From Octopus sinensis (lineage: Eukaryota): 64,000 nucleotides of DNA. The translations under genes were made by a program, and so were the position numbers. The notes under the pieces are model-generated. The model saw only the letters and a list, made by a program, of their open reading frames with translations. It was not told where the DNA came from and did no database searches. The DNA lies in NCBI RefSeq assembly GCF_006345805.1, contig NC_042999.1:15562001-15626000 (forward strand), in the 5' to 3' direction. This document shows positions 24,369 through 38,647 of this stretch, piece after piece (the stretch's first letter is position 1; every line of letters starts with the position of its first letter).

Positions 24369-26822
24369 AATATACAAGTAAGGGAGAAGTAGAGTATGTA
24401 CAAGAACAAAACTTGCATATTCAACACCAATAATGCACTTGAATGCTTTTTTTGTATGTACTCAGAAGAACTAATAATTTCTGATAGAAATGTTGAAGAA
24501 AATATTAAAATAATTCACTTATCATACAAGTTCTTCAAATAACAATGTTGTAGATATGTGTTTTCTATTTTCACACAATTTGTGCATAGAAAGTTGTGAG
24601 TTTTTCAAGTATTCAGCAATATATTAAGTATGCTCATATTAAACCCTTCTTAAATGAAAAGAAAAAATTATTCCATGAAATAACATAAATAATAAAAAAA
24701 ATTCTCATCATTTCTGTTTTTTTTCTTTCTATACACACCTGCTCCAGTTTCAACAAAAATGTTTTTATTTAGCCCCAGGTTAACACTTACTGAGCAGACC
24801 AATAATTAGTAGGCCTTCTAACCATAACCATCTGTATTTTAAGGTTATCTTGAACAACATTATCTACTGTGCACTTTTCTTTTATATATAAGAGTAGCAA
24901 GTGATTTGTGAGAAATCTAGTTGCTGTATCTTCCTGGTCAGACCTTGTAAATACTTCACGTTGTAAATATCATCTACTTTTTTTCTTAGTAATCACCTAG
25001 TTTGTATTTCCTATTTTTTATCAACCAGATACAATATATCAGATTTCTGTCAAATGTTGTTTCTTTTTCATAACTACAAACTCTTACATGTATACATAAA
25101 GGAAATGGCCTTTGTAGACAACTGGGAACCATCATATCCACAGGATTTTCAAAGTATTCATAATAAAGTAATAAGAGGAAAACTGAATGCTAAGCTGTAA
25201 ATATTGTAAAAATGGAAATAGGAGGGAAAAGAAAAAAAATTCACATCAGTGTATCCATTGGATGCATAAAGAAATGAATATGCTATAGATTTTATAGTCA
25301 TAGAAATAGCAAAAACTTCAATAGCTGCTAACATTAGAGCAGCAGTACACATATGGTAGAATCAACAGAAAAGAAAAATATAAAACGAACCAGAAACCAT
25401 AAAATAAAATATGTCTGCTTAGTAATATTAAAAAATATTTGAGAATGTAATGAATGATGCTATATTAAAAAGTTTTACATATAAAACCTATGACATTATA
25501 TTTTTAACAATCTAGGGGTGCAAAATACGATAAGTAGCTATGTATTGCTGCTGCAAAATATTATTGCCCTCTTAAAAGGATAAAAGGCAGTTCATTAATG
25601 TTTATTATTACCTTATATTCACGAAAAAAGAGCAAAAAGAGAGCAGAACCAAAATAAATAAATGTGTATAATAGGATGTATTTATGAACTAAAAATATTA
25701 TGTCACTGACATTTTAATTCTTTTTTTATGATATTCAAATATATTAAAATCTGATATAAAAAAAAAACCTTTATTATATTATTTTTGGTTTTTATACCTC
25801 GTTAAATGTGAAAGCACAAGCTTGTTTATTTAAAACCACCATATGTGACTGTTATTGTCACATTATGCTTTTGAAGAATACGCTTTTGGTTAATTGCTTA
25901 ATCTTTCAAAATAATCTTTCGGAATAGTTTTGTTCTTTCAGCCAATAAAATAGAGCAAATCAAAAAATAATTTGGGGTTTAGAATGATGTATAACATTTA
26001 ATTTCATCTGCACCCACTTATTATCATATCCACATCATGTTTTAATCATTAGCATTATGTAACATCTTTCTATTTGTTAATATCGCTACTTGTTTATTTG
26101 GCTTTCTTCCTATCTAATTATGCTCATTTTTGGTTAAGGCTGTTTGATGTTGTGAATCTCAAGGCAGAAATTATTTGGTGTTAACAATCTATGAAACACT
26201 TAGGTAGCAATAAAGCTAACCTTAAAATCGCCAAAAGAGAAATTTTATTAACTTTACTACCACAATCAATTGCAGTCTACAGATTATAAAATCAGTTTTT
26301 GACAGAGATAAAAATAACTATGTAATAACATATCTAATATTTTCACTAAACTAATATAATCCGATTTTTTTTTTTCAAATTTAACATAAGTTATCAGTTG
26401 GCTTTTTTTAATTCACTGCATACTGAAATTTTTATTAAACTAAAGTTTATTTTTATCCAAAGAAATCATCTCATGTGATGCTATAAAATTATTTTTGAAG
26501 AAAATTTAACTGTGTAAGATAAATTCCTAACTTTTATTAATATTTAATTTCACCACAGCACAACTTGAACAAACCACTCTCTACATACAGAATGCAACTT
26601 GGATCTTTGCTGACTGCTTAACTATTGAACATCGTCTCTAAATTTCCTTCAGTTACCCTTGTTCAGCCTTTTGTTCTATCTAAACAAGAGAAAGTCATGA
26701 CTTCTTTATATCATTAAAAAGGTCATTTAGCCAAATAAATGAACTTTCTTAAAATCAAAATAGGAAAAATGGAGCTAACATTTCTAATTACTATTTAGAC
26801 ATTAAAAAAAACAAAAAAACAT

Positions 26823-27117
26823 TCAAGTAAGGTCATTGCCAGTGCTGCTGGACTGGCTCTTGTACAGGTGGCACGTAAAAAACACCATTTGAGCATCACC
26901 GTTGCCAGTACTGCCTGACTGGCCCCCGTGCCGGTGGCATGTAAAAGCACCCACTACACTCTTAGTGTAGTTGGTATTAGGAAGGGCATCCAGCTGTAGA
27001 AACTCTTCCAGATCAAGATTGGAGCCTGGTGCAGCCATCTGGTTCGCCAGTCCTCAGTCAAATCATCCAACCCATGCTAACATGGAAAGCAGACGTTAAA
27101 TGATGATCATGATGATG
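26823..27117 (+). mobile_element. SINE family B
   Basis: Same core and tail. Confidence 0.8.
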
Positions 27118-27599
27118 AATTTTATAACTGCTGCTTTCAACTTTTCTAGAAGAGCAGACATTTCAAGAAAACAATAATAGTAGGTGAAAGAGGATTTCTA
27201 ACCTGGTAAATCAACTTTTGTAGAGATGGATCTAGTCACAAATTATATTAATATTATGAAATCCAAATCATTACTGACTGTTAACAAAGCAAACACAAAG
27301 AAATCATAATATTGTGTACAGAGGTGTTAAGTATAGTATTTCTTTTATTTTTCTTCTGGTTTCATGAGTGACAAAGTTAAAATTTCGACACAGTGTTGTC
27401 TTCTTTTAAGTGACACCATTGTGTTAAACATTAACAAACACAGAGACAAACAAGTCTAGTCTATTTTAGCAGGTGAAAGAATATTGCTCTTCTTATAATA
27501 TTTTGAAAGATTAAGCGATTAAATGTATGCAATCAATCACTTATTCATACATATGTATGTATGCATGTATGTATGTATGTATATATGTACGTACATACA

Positions 27600-27777
27600 T
27601 ACATACAAAGCTGCACATGCACTGACTCCAAATACTGTACCCATACACACATACATGCAAAAATACCCTGTTGATGTTAAAGAAATTCCAATGAAGGAGC
27701 CTTGGATCTAGGTTAGAAACTGTCACTTTCTTTATAGAGAAGAAATCTTGAAATAAAACTGAATAATAACATACATG
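27600..27777 (+). mobile_element. 3' UTR-only fragment of an R4/Dong-like non-LTR element
   Basis: Shares about 110 bp (aaatac..ctgttgatgtt...gaaataaaactgaa) with the 3' end of the element at 28831-29940. Flanked by (TACA)n. Confidence 0.6.
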
Positions 27778-27779
27778 CC

Positions 27780-28765
27780 TTTATTATCCAAGAACAAACG
27801 ATAGTTACAAAATGCCTAATCAACAAAAGAGATAATGACACCCTTAAGCCTCAATGCTATGACAGAAAGTATTGGTTATGCTATACGGGTGTTGAAGATA
27901 TCACTTGTATCACCAGTAACTGCCATAAAGGTCTATGGGATACTACCTCCCTATGAGACATCACATTGTCACAAAGACAATTTACAATGCTGTACACAAG
28001 AAGGAGGCCCCAGACAGTCATACCAAGGCACAGCAGAACCTGGGAGCAATCACATCTTTAAAAATGAAGAATAATGGTGAAACATTCCAATAAAAACAGC
28101 ATCCTGGTATAAAGACAACAGGCCAGATATGGTTGTATGGGAAAGGATCATAAATTATGTATTGTTTTTAAGATCAGCTGATTAGTGGATGCGAATGTCT
28201 CTTCAGAAATTGGGGAAGAGGAGAACATCTATGGAGAACTGATGAGAAGTCTACAACTCTAATATCCAGGCTACAGATTTTCATTCTTTCTTATTATCAT
28301 AGGAACACTGAGCAATGTAACAAATGATTTGCATAAAATCCTAGAAATTCGTAGGTTCTCCACAAAAGGAAGAAAATTTATTGACATTCTCCAGATACCA
28401 CCAATCAGAGGAATTGTAAACGTTTATGAAACATTTCAGGGATTCTCCATTTAGATTTACAAGGTGAACATATGCACCTAACCACATATATATATATATA
28501 TGGAATACTTATATATGCACGAGAATAAACAGTAGTGAAACATACACACTTGTGTTCTTTTGTGACTTACACACCATAAATGCATGTTTATCCACACACA
28601 CACATGGACACAGGAAACATACACACATATATAAATACATTAACCAATTCAGGAAATGATAAACTCAAAGAATTGTCTTGACTTAAACAAAAGAGCATTG
28701 CCACTTTGTTAGTGATTGGCTTGAATCTTGCATTGGCAAAAAACTCAGAATAAATCCCAAAGAAT
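27780..28765 (+). mobile_element. R4/Dong-like (restriction-like endonuclease) LINE 3' fragment, older and divergent
   Basis: QEQTIVTKCL, RPDMVVWE and PGYRFSFFLIIIGTL, with stop at 28452-28454. AATAAA then (TACA)n. Confidence 0.7.
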
Positions 28766-28830
28766 ACATACATACATACATACATACATACATACAGACA
28801 GACAGACAGACAGACATGGGTATGTGTTTG

Positions 28831-29940
28831 CAATCCAGGAGCAGGAAATATCACCAAGTACCTGATGCACAAAAGGGATAGAGATGCAGGAAAAGCAGTA
28901 AAATGTGATAACTGATGCAGACTTTGTGGAGTTAACACCAAAGATGTCACCCACATCATAAGAAGTTGTCCAAAAATGTTATCACAGTATTATCTACAGA
29001 TGAGACATGATGTTGTAGTTAGGACAGTCTATAAGGGAATCTGTCAAAAGGATAATCCAGAGCACAAAGAAATAAGAACCCACAGTATGGTAGCAGCCAT
29101 AGCCATTCATAATAAAAAGGAATACTGGTGGAATGTATCAGTGAAGACCTCAATAAAACGTAAGCACAATGGACCTGATATCATGATTTGGGTTAGAGAA
29201 GAAAAGAGAAACTGTGTACAGTTGTGGAAATTAGCTGTTCAGCAGATGTTAACATAAAACGAACATAAAGATCAGTGAAAAAGAGAAAACCTATGAACTA
29301 TTGAAAAATCTGCAGTTACTCTATCCAGATTACAACTTCAGATTTATACCTGTAATTATTGGGGCCCTGGGATATTTAATACACTGCCTAAATACCAATC
29401 TTGAAAAATTAGGCTTCTCAAAACCAGAAAGGAGAAAGCTGATTTGAAGACTACAGATCCAATCCATCACTGGAACTGTAAAAATCTGTAAAACCATACA
29501 GAAGTTTATCATTTAAATATATATGAGCATGTCTTGATATGCAACTATATGCATGAGAATACATATATAAAACATACAAATCTGCACATACATACATTAC
29601 ATTACATACATGCATGCATGCATGCATACATACATACATACATACATACACATACATACATACCTACCTACATACATACATACATACATACATATGTACG
29701 TACGTACATACATACATACATACATACATCATACATACATACACATACATACATACATGCATACCTACATACATACATACATACATACATACATACATAC
29801 ATACATACATACATACAAGCAAAAATACTCTGTTGTTGATGTTGAAATTCCAATGAAGGAGCCTTGGATCTATGTTAGAAACTGGCTCTTTCTCTATTGG
29901 CAAGAAATCTTGAAATAAAACTGAAAATGGCATAGATACA
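28831..29940 (+). mobile_element. R4/Dong-like LINE 3' fragment (CCHC and REL endonuclease)
   Basis: QEQEI..KYL, CRLC...HIIRSC, RHDVV, GPDIMIW, KEKTY and FIPVIIGALG, with stop at 29514-29516. The 3' UTR contains a long (TACA)n. Confidence 0.85.
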
Positions 29941-30373
29941 TATATATATATGATAATGATTTTGGCAAGTTCCCACTTTCCAAATTCTACTTAAAGTTCA
30001 TGTAAGAAGAGAGATGTTTTAGAGTAGTTTAAGATGGGCAGTTGTGAAGGTTTTCAAATATTGTAGAGTGACAGATTGAGTATGGTTTTGTTAAATATGT
30101 TAGTGAAATGAGAATACATCTGATTATCAAAAGTGCTGGCTAGTATCTGGTGTAGATCTGACTACACTACTGTAAATGAATAAGACATGCTGGAAAACAG
30201 CATAAGTAGACAACAGCAAAAACCAGGGATGAAGGGAGACCAATTTTAGTTCAGGCTAGGATCGCTGAGGATCACAATGAAGATAATGAACAAATGAAAT
30301 AAATGAAAATTGATATCAAAGTGGGTAAACTGACATTATAAAAATGATGACAATGTTGATGATGATCATGTCA

Positions 30374-30760
30374 TCTCTCTATATATAAACAGCAGTTTGT
30401 CTGTGTGTGTTTCTGTGTGTCTGTTAGGTTGTACCCTCACCCTGACCACGGCTTTCAACCGATTCTGATGAAACTTGACACACACATAGCCCAATGTCAT
30501 AATTCAAAACTAACGCAGCGAAAATTTTGAAAAGTTCCCCCCAGTTCTGAAAAAAATCGATAAATTCGACATGGGGTCGAGAATCAGAAACACAAACCAC
30601 AGACTGTCTAGGGGACGCAACTCCACCTTTTTTAACTCTCAAAAAAAATTTACCATAATTTTTTTTCCATTTTTTTTGCTATTTTTTGGCTATAACTCTC
30701 TAAAAATGCTTTATAGTTATTTCCCTTACAAACCCGAGCAACGCCGGGTGATACTGCTAG
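30374..30760 (+). mobile_element. Non-autonomous Helitron, mosaic
   Basis: a|TC...CTAG|t. The 5' part matches 38823-39224 and the 3' end matches 3732-4241. Confidence 0.85.
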
Positions 30761-31017
30761 TCATATATATGTACATCATCATAAAATTTGGAATATGTAG
30801 CAGCTTTCATTCTCTAAAGATAAAAAGTTATGAAAATAGAGTTAAAACACTATGCCCAATCCATACTTTTGTACAGAAAATATTACTGCGTGGAACAGAT
30901 GAAAAAAAAGTCCTCCTCTGAATATGATTGGTCTATCTTAGTTAATATTTCCTGAATCTCTGCTGTTAGTACCTATATCAGAGACTTGGGTAGTTTGAGA
31001 TATACAAAAGTGAATCC

Positions 31018-31020
<3 letters not shown>

Positions 31021-31049
<29 letters not shown>

Positions 31050-31325
31050 GTTTAACATCCACTTTCCATGCTAGCATGGGTTGGACGTATGACTGAGGGC
31101 TGGCGAACCAGATAGCTGTGCTAGGCTTAAATCTTGATCTGGCAGAGTTTCTACAGCTGGATGCCCTTCCTAACGCCAACCACTCCGAGAGTGTAGTGGG
31201 TGCTTTTATGTGCCACCGGCACGGAACCAGTCAGGCGGCACTGGCAACAACCTAGCTCAAATCTTTTACACATGCCACCAGCATGGGTGCCAGTAAGGCG
31301 ATGCTGGTAACGATCCTGCTACCAG
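31021..31325 (-). mobile_element. SINE family B
   Basis: Same core and tail. Confidence 0.8.
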
Positions 31326-32500
31326 CAAATATACACTGAAATTCCTGCAGTGAAGTTGAACTCATGATCTTTGAGCCTATATTCTGATACTACATACTTT
31401 TGGCAATTTCTCTTCCACCTGATATAAATTTTGTTTTAAAGACTCCATTTTTCCCTTTTTTGCTAAGCGTAATCTTATGTTTTCTCCTTTCCCGAATAAA
31501 TCCTTTCTTCTTCCCAAAATAAATCTGCCTTTTGTATTAAAATGTTCTGCCATCATGTCTCATCTTTCAGTTATTATGCATTCCGGCTTTTAAGTTCTCT
31601 TCATAGAATTTCTTTTCATTTTACTTTCATAGCATTTATTCTGAATTCTCTAGCACGAAAAATAAAAAAAAAATGCCGTCATGTGATAGGTACGAAGCCA
31701 AAAAAATAATAATGGCAATAATAATAATAATAATAATAATAATTATAATAATAATAATAATAATGATGATAACAATAATAATAATAGATATGTAAAAACA
31801 GCAGAAACAATATTTCTCCATTTGTTGTTTAAGTTGAATGATAAGTATAAAGTAACAAAATTGAAAAAGCAACAAATTGATGAAACCAGTATGACACCAT
31901 GGAGAGAAATTGTGAGAAGGAGTCTATTGACGTGAATGAGATACAAATTATGCATAAAATATAAAAGATGAATAGCTTACTAAATACCTTACATGCAAGA
32001 CAAATGAATTACCATATAAGTATGAAGTGAGTTGCTATTTATAACAGGAAATCTTGTTGAAATCTTCACTTATTTTGCAAATATATTCTAATACGATAGT
32101 TTAGAGTTACAAACTTAAGTAAACAAGTTTATTTAAGTTTGTAAAAAAGTATTTCTCTAAATTAAAGACTAGAAAATTGTTTTTTTATCCTTTCTCTTAT
32201 TTTCTTACATATACCTATCAAAAAAAAAAAAAAATGATGCCAAAGAACTATCAACTCAAGTATATTTGTTCGATGAATATTTAATATCCAAAATATTATT
32301 AAAAATTTGTGTTGCCTCTCTCTACAGGAACATATAAATTCTAATATTATCTCATAATATTTTTTGTATCATATACAACAGAATCATCATCATCAACATT
32401 GTCAGCAGGTGTTAGCTTTCTATCTTGCCATGGGTTAGATGGGTTGTCACAGTTTGAGTGTGAGACCTAATGAGACCCATTGAGACCTATTGATAATTAA

Positions 32501-32611
32501 GGTTATTTCGACAGGTATTCTATAGAAATCAGATGTAAAAAGACAAAGAGACCAACGATAACAAAAATCAATGCTGGCTATAATTTCTACAGAATACCTG
32601 TAGAGATAACC
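32501..32611. mobile_element. Short MITE with TTAA TSD (Kolobok/piggyBac-type)
   Basis: TTAA|GGTTATTTCGACAGGTATTCTATAGAAAT...ATTTCTACAGAATACCTGTAGAGATAACC|TTAA, imperfect TIRs of about 29 bp. Confidence 0.6.
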
Positions 32612-33250
32612 TTAACAAGTGGTGTAAAATGCACTGCTAACACAGTAGAACATGTTATTGACTTATAAAAATGTTTAAATCACTTTATAGTATATTATGG
32701 TTGAATAACAAAATACCGTGTGCCTACAAGTCATTAAGAGCTATCGATCTCCTAGATAGGTCAGATAACTATGACTTACTTATAAACTAATTTTTGGCAT
32801 AGTGTTTTGGCTGTTTGCCCTTCTGACCATCAACTATTTTACAGCTTGCTTTGGGTGCATTGTATCATGGCAACAGTACTAGAGAGTTATAATGTCCTCA
32901 ACAAGACAAGATTAAAAGGTCCTGTCAAGTGTATGTCACCTGAGCTTGATAAAACTGCTTCACAAAATACAGGTGCATTTTATCATAGCACCTGCATCAG
33001 TGAAGCTGCCTTGTTTCTCACAAGACTAAAGAGTATTTACTGGTCTGCATTGTCTCCATTTGTTCATGACAACATGACAAATATTGTAGACACAAGTGAT
33101 GGAAATTGCTGAAGGTGAATGAGAGGGAGAGACAAAATGATGGGGGTGGGGAAACAGTATGATTGTGGAATGTGAAAAGACAGGGAGAAATGGGTGAGGC
33201 AGTGTTGGAAGGAGTAAGAGAAGAAAGACACAGTAATGGCAGGGTATATA

Positions 33251-33286
<36 letters not shown>

Positions 33287-33679
33287 ATGACAGAATGGAG
33301 AGAAACATTAATGATAGTTACATGTTGCATGTAAAGGAGAGATTATGTGGTGGATAATTACACAAATGGTCAGAAGTAAGAGAGTATGCTGGAGGGCAAT
33401 AATCTCTGAGAGAGAGAGAGAGAGATATTATTGGCCAGTAGTAAAGAAAGCTGATGTTAGCTGGTAAGAGAGAGTGTGAATGGTGAATAGTTGAGATCAT
33501 GATGGTAAGAAAGCGATGAATTTTAATTGAAAAGTAACCTGAAAGAGAGGGAATTATAGCAGCTCAGAGGGATAAATGAAGATGTGTGTGTGATAACTGA
33601 TGCCCTTCATTCGGCATCATGATACTGATACAAAAGTATGACAAATCTTTGTGGATATGCTGGAAAAATAAAGTTAAGG

Positions 33680-34066
33680 AGAAATCGGAATCGAAATCAC
33701 TCAAAAATCTATGGAAACTGTAGTTGTGATACCAGTGCCAGTGGTACGTAAAAGAACTGTCCGAATGTGGCCGTTGCCAGTGCCGCCCCGACTGGCCTCC
33801 GTGCCGGTGGCACGTAAAAAGCATCAACTGATCGTGGCCATTGCCAGCCTCGCCTGGCACCATGTCAGTGGCACGTAAAAAGCACCCACTACACTCACGG
33901 AGTGGTTGGCGTTAGGAAGGGCATCCAGCTGTAGAAACACTGCCAGATCAGACTGGGCCTGGTGCAGCCTCCTGGCTTCCCAGACCCCTAGTTGAACCGT
34001 CCAACGCATGCTAGCATGGAAAGCAGATGTTAAACAATGATGATGATAATGATTATGATGATGATG
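33680..34066 (+). mobile_element. SINE family B
   Basis: Same core and tail. Confidence 0.8.
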
Positions 34067-34338
34067 AAGGAGAATTGATAAGAAATGTAATACAGTGTAA
34101 TGTAACACAGACATGTTACAAAGCAACCCCTACCCTGATAATGCTGGTTCCTCTTTCTATTCCCTATTTCTGGAGCTTTCAATTTTCTCATGAAAATTAT
34201 TTACATGTATTAATCATTTCTCTTGTTAATAGATTAAAGTTTAAGATAAGATTAACTGAAATAATGATGAAATAGACTGAATAAGTTTGGTTAATCCCTA
34301 GATTAACCTGGCCATGGTCTTTCTTTTAGGGTGGGGGC

Positions 34339-34386
34339 ATTGTGCACCTAGGATGATGAATGTATTTATCATCCTAGGTGCACAAT
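34339..34386. repeat. 19-bp perfect inverted repeat
   Basis: attgtgcacctaggatgat-N10-atcatcctaggtgcacaat. Confidence 0.8.
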
Positions 34387-35194
34387 ACTAGAGAGTAAAG
34401 TATAATTTAAGGGAAATTTAGTTGCTATATCTAGCAGAGTAACCATATAGTAGCTTCCTTATTGGTTTATGTAGTGAGTAGTTCACATTTACTTGAGAAT
34501 ATAGATTTAAGATATTTTCAATAATCACCTATCTCTATGGCTTATCTTGGGTATATAATTTACACATTTCTCTATCCAAAGTTAACTTCTAATACAATAT
34601 AATTTGCACTAAACATTTTCTCGGAAAATTTCAAAATTTTGGGCAAAAAGATAAAATCATAATTTCAAGTATTTTTGTTTTTTTTAAACAAATTGCCTTT
34701 CACTGTATTTGCTCAACTTATCTGAATGGAAACAGGTGCAGCTATCTTTCAAATATTACTAGTTTATCTGAGAACATAATCTGGTGCTTAATTAAAACAG
34801 TATCTGCAAAATACATTCCATAAATAGTGGTTCCAGCAACGATTCTATAAGAGTAACAATTGTAATGATAGATAAATACCGTAGTAAGTGACATGAAACC
34901 ATAAATCCTTTGGCTCTCATTTTGATTCGTTATATAACCAAATTACTTACTAATCTATCAGATCTGGAACTAAATGCATTATTTTGCTTCTCTTTTCCTT
35001 GTCTTATCAGACTATGGTTATTTTTACACATAGTCAATGAAGATACTAAAGGAAACACAGTATTCATGGTAGAGAGATGGAAAATAGATTTAAAGATTTG
35101 TTAGAATTCTAGTAACTATTTTAGCAATAGTTACAAAGTGAAATATAGTGAAATATATAACTTAAACAACAGAGACTTAATCTGTTGGCTGGTT

Positions 35195-35735
35195 TAATAA
35201 CCTCACACCTGATAGTAGTAAGAAGCCTTGAGCACATCTTTCCAAATTCCACTGAACAAGTGATTGTGCAGGAACTAATTGTGTTCTGGGAAGAACATAT
35301 GGAGGAGGCCCATGAGAAGAAGCTTGTTAAATACTAAGAACTGGTAGAGCAGGGCAGAAATCAGAGCTGGCAGGCAAGTTGAAAGGCAATTGAGGTAGAC
35401 TGCCAGGGTTCTGTGGGGGTGCCAGGCAACTGAAGTAGACTGCCAGGATTCTGTTGGGGTGTCTATTCTGTTAATCACTGGCTGGGCTTGGAGTTAGTGG
35501 TGTAGCAAAGAGGAGGGCCGTAAATTTCATTGCTGAAGCTGCAGAAAAGACCCCTAGGTGATTTGCATAAAGTGGGCAGACTGGTGGTTTTCTGCTAATG
35601 GGATGCAAGCTGGGACTCAGTCAATCCCCTCAGTGTTAACTGGGCGAGAGGGCCTGATGGTGAATGCTGAAACCCTCTGAGATCCCAAAAACATCCCTGA
35701 TGATGCATCTCAGAGTATCCACAAAATGTATCTTG
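35195..35735 (+). mobile_element. HERO-like non-LTR retrotransposon 3' end (REL endonuclease and 3' UTR)
   Basis: QVIVQELIVFWEEHMEEAHEKKLVKY*ELVEQ...AIEVDCQG...KRRAV..IAEAAEK resembles the HERO ELTVPWEE...KY...IEVGCRG motif set. Contains a small internal duplication. Confidence 0.75.
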
Positions 35736-37119
35736 GGACTGTAAACAAGTCTTCCTCTGGTCTGTATAAAACTTTTTCTCTTTTTCCCGACAGTCATGGA
35801 GATCCTATAAAATGTCATGGGTGCTACCTTTCTCCTGTGTCTAAGCTATTGTTTGAATCATTTACATTTCATCAACCAAATTCACATGCAAGCATTGACT
35901 GGCAAGGATTATAGTAGAAGGTAGTTGTCTTAGGTGCTGTGCAGCAGGACTGAACTTGAAACAACGTGGTTGCAACATGGGCTTTTTTACCACATAACCA
36001 ATGACAAAAGAACATTTAAATGACTCTTTAATATGTTGATAAATTGTTTTTTAGCTTGAAAATTGGCTCCAGCATTGTTCAAGATCAGGGGTGGTGTCAT
36101 AGAAAGCAGTGACATAGAGTAATGATTTAGCTGGCCTATGGGAACATATTTAACAGTCTAAAGGAGCTAATCTTCTGAGTACATTAGCAGGAGCGTGCTA
36201 ACTATTGACTAATATAATTAATATGGGGTTAGAAACTGGTAACTTACAATGATTTATAATTATTTCTCGTAGTCATTAAGAAAAATATATTTTATTAATG
36301 TACTTCTGGGAGTGCTAAACACATGACTACACAATATGGTGCAATTAGATAATCAGAAGAACAAGAAGAAAAAGACCAACCAATTGAACATAACATATAG
36401 AAGAGGAGCGTGAGAAAGAGTGCAGATTAATCTTTGGACAGAAGAATTGAATTGATATTTGCAGTAACCATCTAAAGTTATAATGGAGAAATAAACATAC
36501 TGGAAACAAACTATTGAAAGAAATTTCTAAATGTGGAAAACAATGAGTCAATGAATAGTTCCTCTAATCATGTAGAAAATGAATAAATAATTTCAAGAAT
36601 TGAAATAAAGGAACAAAATTGAAATAGAAAAATATGAAAATGAATAATTAAAAGCTTAAATGTGAAAGTGAAGAAACAAAATTCTAGAACTCATTAGAAA
36701 TATAGAAAATGTTACGCAGATAATTAAAGTAAAATAAATCGCTTTATAAATATATTGTTTTGAAAAGCACATTTATTTTAAAATTTTATGATAGTTAAAG
36801 AACAATTTTATTATTTGAAATAAAGACTGATAAATATTTTAGATATCATTATTAAAATTTGACTCCTATGAATTGCTTGCCAGATCATCATCATTATCAA
36901 GCTGATCTAGTTTTCATTGAAGTTAATTTTTGATAAAAATGTTAATATTATAGGAACAATATTCACTTTGAAAAGCAGTAGTGTTGTATTTTTAAATCAT
37001 TTATAATGTATTTGTTGTGTCTCAAAAAACAATAGCATAGTTATTTTGATCCATTTCATTTGAAGCGAAAGGTATATGTTGAGGAAGCTTTCTAGGATTA
37101 TGACTGCTAGCGAGTATAA

Positions 37120-37628
37120 TCTATAATATAAAACTGTAGTTGTGTGAGTGTCTGTCCCTTTCGATTTAGATTCCTAACTCCTCCCACATTTTGCAGTGCA
37201 GTTTAACCAAATTCGGGTATCTTATAGTCATGATTCATATCGAGCCTGTCTGGCTATTAGCGCGCGTCAACGATGAGTCTACGATTTTAAAAATAATTTA
37301 ACATTTTTTATTCCATTTTAATGCATAATTTTTCGTGTGTCGATGGCGGCGGAGTTGGCGTCCACGCTCACAGATGCACCTGTTTGCTTCTCCCCCTTCT
37401 TCCCTCCCTCGTGAAGCTGTGGGGAAGGCAGTGTAAGGAAATCAACGTCGTAAAGCGTTGTCAAGGAGACCAGCGTTCTTTTAGAACAACGACTTCATGG
37501 CTTGAAGACACCAAAACAGAAATGGCTAAGAAAGCCCGAATTGGCATCTATAAGGGAAGTAACTCTCTAAAAATGCTTATATAGTTATTTCCCTTACAAA
37601 CCCGAGCAACGCCGGGCGATACTGCTAG
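37120..37628 (+). mobile_element. Non-autonomous Helitron (same family as 3732-4241)
   Basis: a|TC...CTAG|t, same hairpin and internal sequence. Confidence 0.85.
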
Positions 37629-38184
37629 TTGTTTAATAAATTAACTTTATCAGTTTCAATGTACTGCAAGCGTTGTTGACCCCGAGCTAGCTGGCTTTTG
37701 TAAAAATAAGAGTTGCCCATATGTTTAAATGAAGGTAAAACAGTTATTAGTACATATGGCTTCTTCATCAGAAACCAATGAACAAAATTTTTCACACACA
37801 CATACACACACACATGGAGAAGATGCCGACGACCATGGTGAAGATGCTGACAACCGCTCGGTTCAAAGTCTCCCTTGACCACAAGTGGCCTGAACTCTTT
37901 ACATGAACACCACCCTGTACATAACTCCATGTCCCCCTACATGGCCTTGCTTTTTTGCTTTTTGAGCCAAAAAATTAACTAACTAACTAACTAACTAACA
38001 CACACATACACACACACACAGTATCGTATCAAAGTAGTGCAGGTGATACATTAATATCAAGCAGATTGAGAAGTTACTATTTCATGTTCTAAAACATTTT
38101 ATATGGATTAATTCAATGCAAATGTGCTAATTAAGATGTTGTATCTTTCATTAAAAAGAAACCCAACAAATATATAATATAGGG

Positions 38185-38647
38185 AAGCACCTGTGTTGGT
38201 GCCACAGGAAAAGCACTGTGATGGTGGCACATATAAGGCACTGGTGCTGGTGCCATGTCAAAAGTATCCAGTACACCCTGTTAAGTGGTTGGCATTAGGA
38301 TGGGCATCCAACCACAGAAACCTTACCAAAAACAGACTATAGCAACCTAGTGCAGCTCTCCAACTTGCCAGCTCCTGACAAACCGTCTAGCCCATGCCAG
38401 CATGGAAAACAGACGTTAAATGATGATGATGATGAGGAGGAAACAGAAAGGTGGATGAAGGAAAGAATGAGATATTTACTTAACTTGCCAGAAAAATAGT
38501 AAATTATCATCATCGTTTAATATCCGTTTTCCGTGCTAGCATGGGTTGGACGGTTCGACCGGGCTCTGGGAAGCCAGGAGGCTGCACCAGGCTCCAGTCT
38601 GATCCGGCTGTGTTTCTACAGCTGGATGCCCTTCCTAACGCCAACCA
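38185..38647. mobile_element. Two tail-to-tail SINE family B fragments
   Basis: Plus copy about 38185-38435 (diverged) and minus copy about 38506-38647. Confidence 0.7.

Noticed and set aside
29845-29890. ccaatgaagg...gaaac in the R4-like 3' UTR as a hammerhead
   Set aside because: Both copies read CCAAUGA, lacking U4 and G5, and there is no convincing stem I or UH site.
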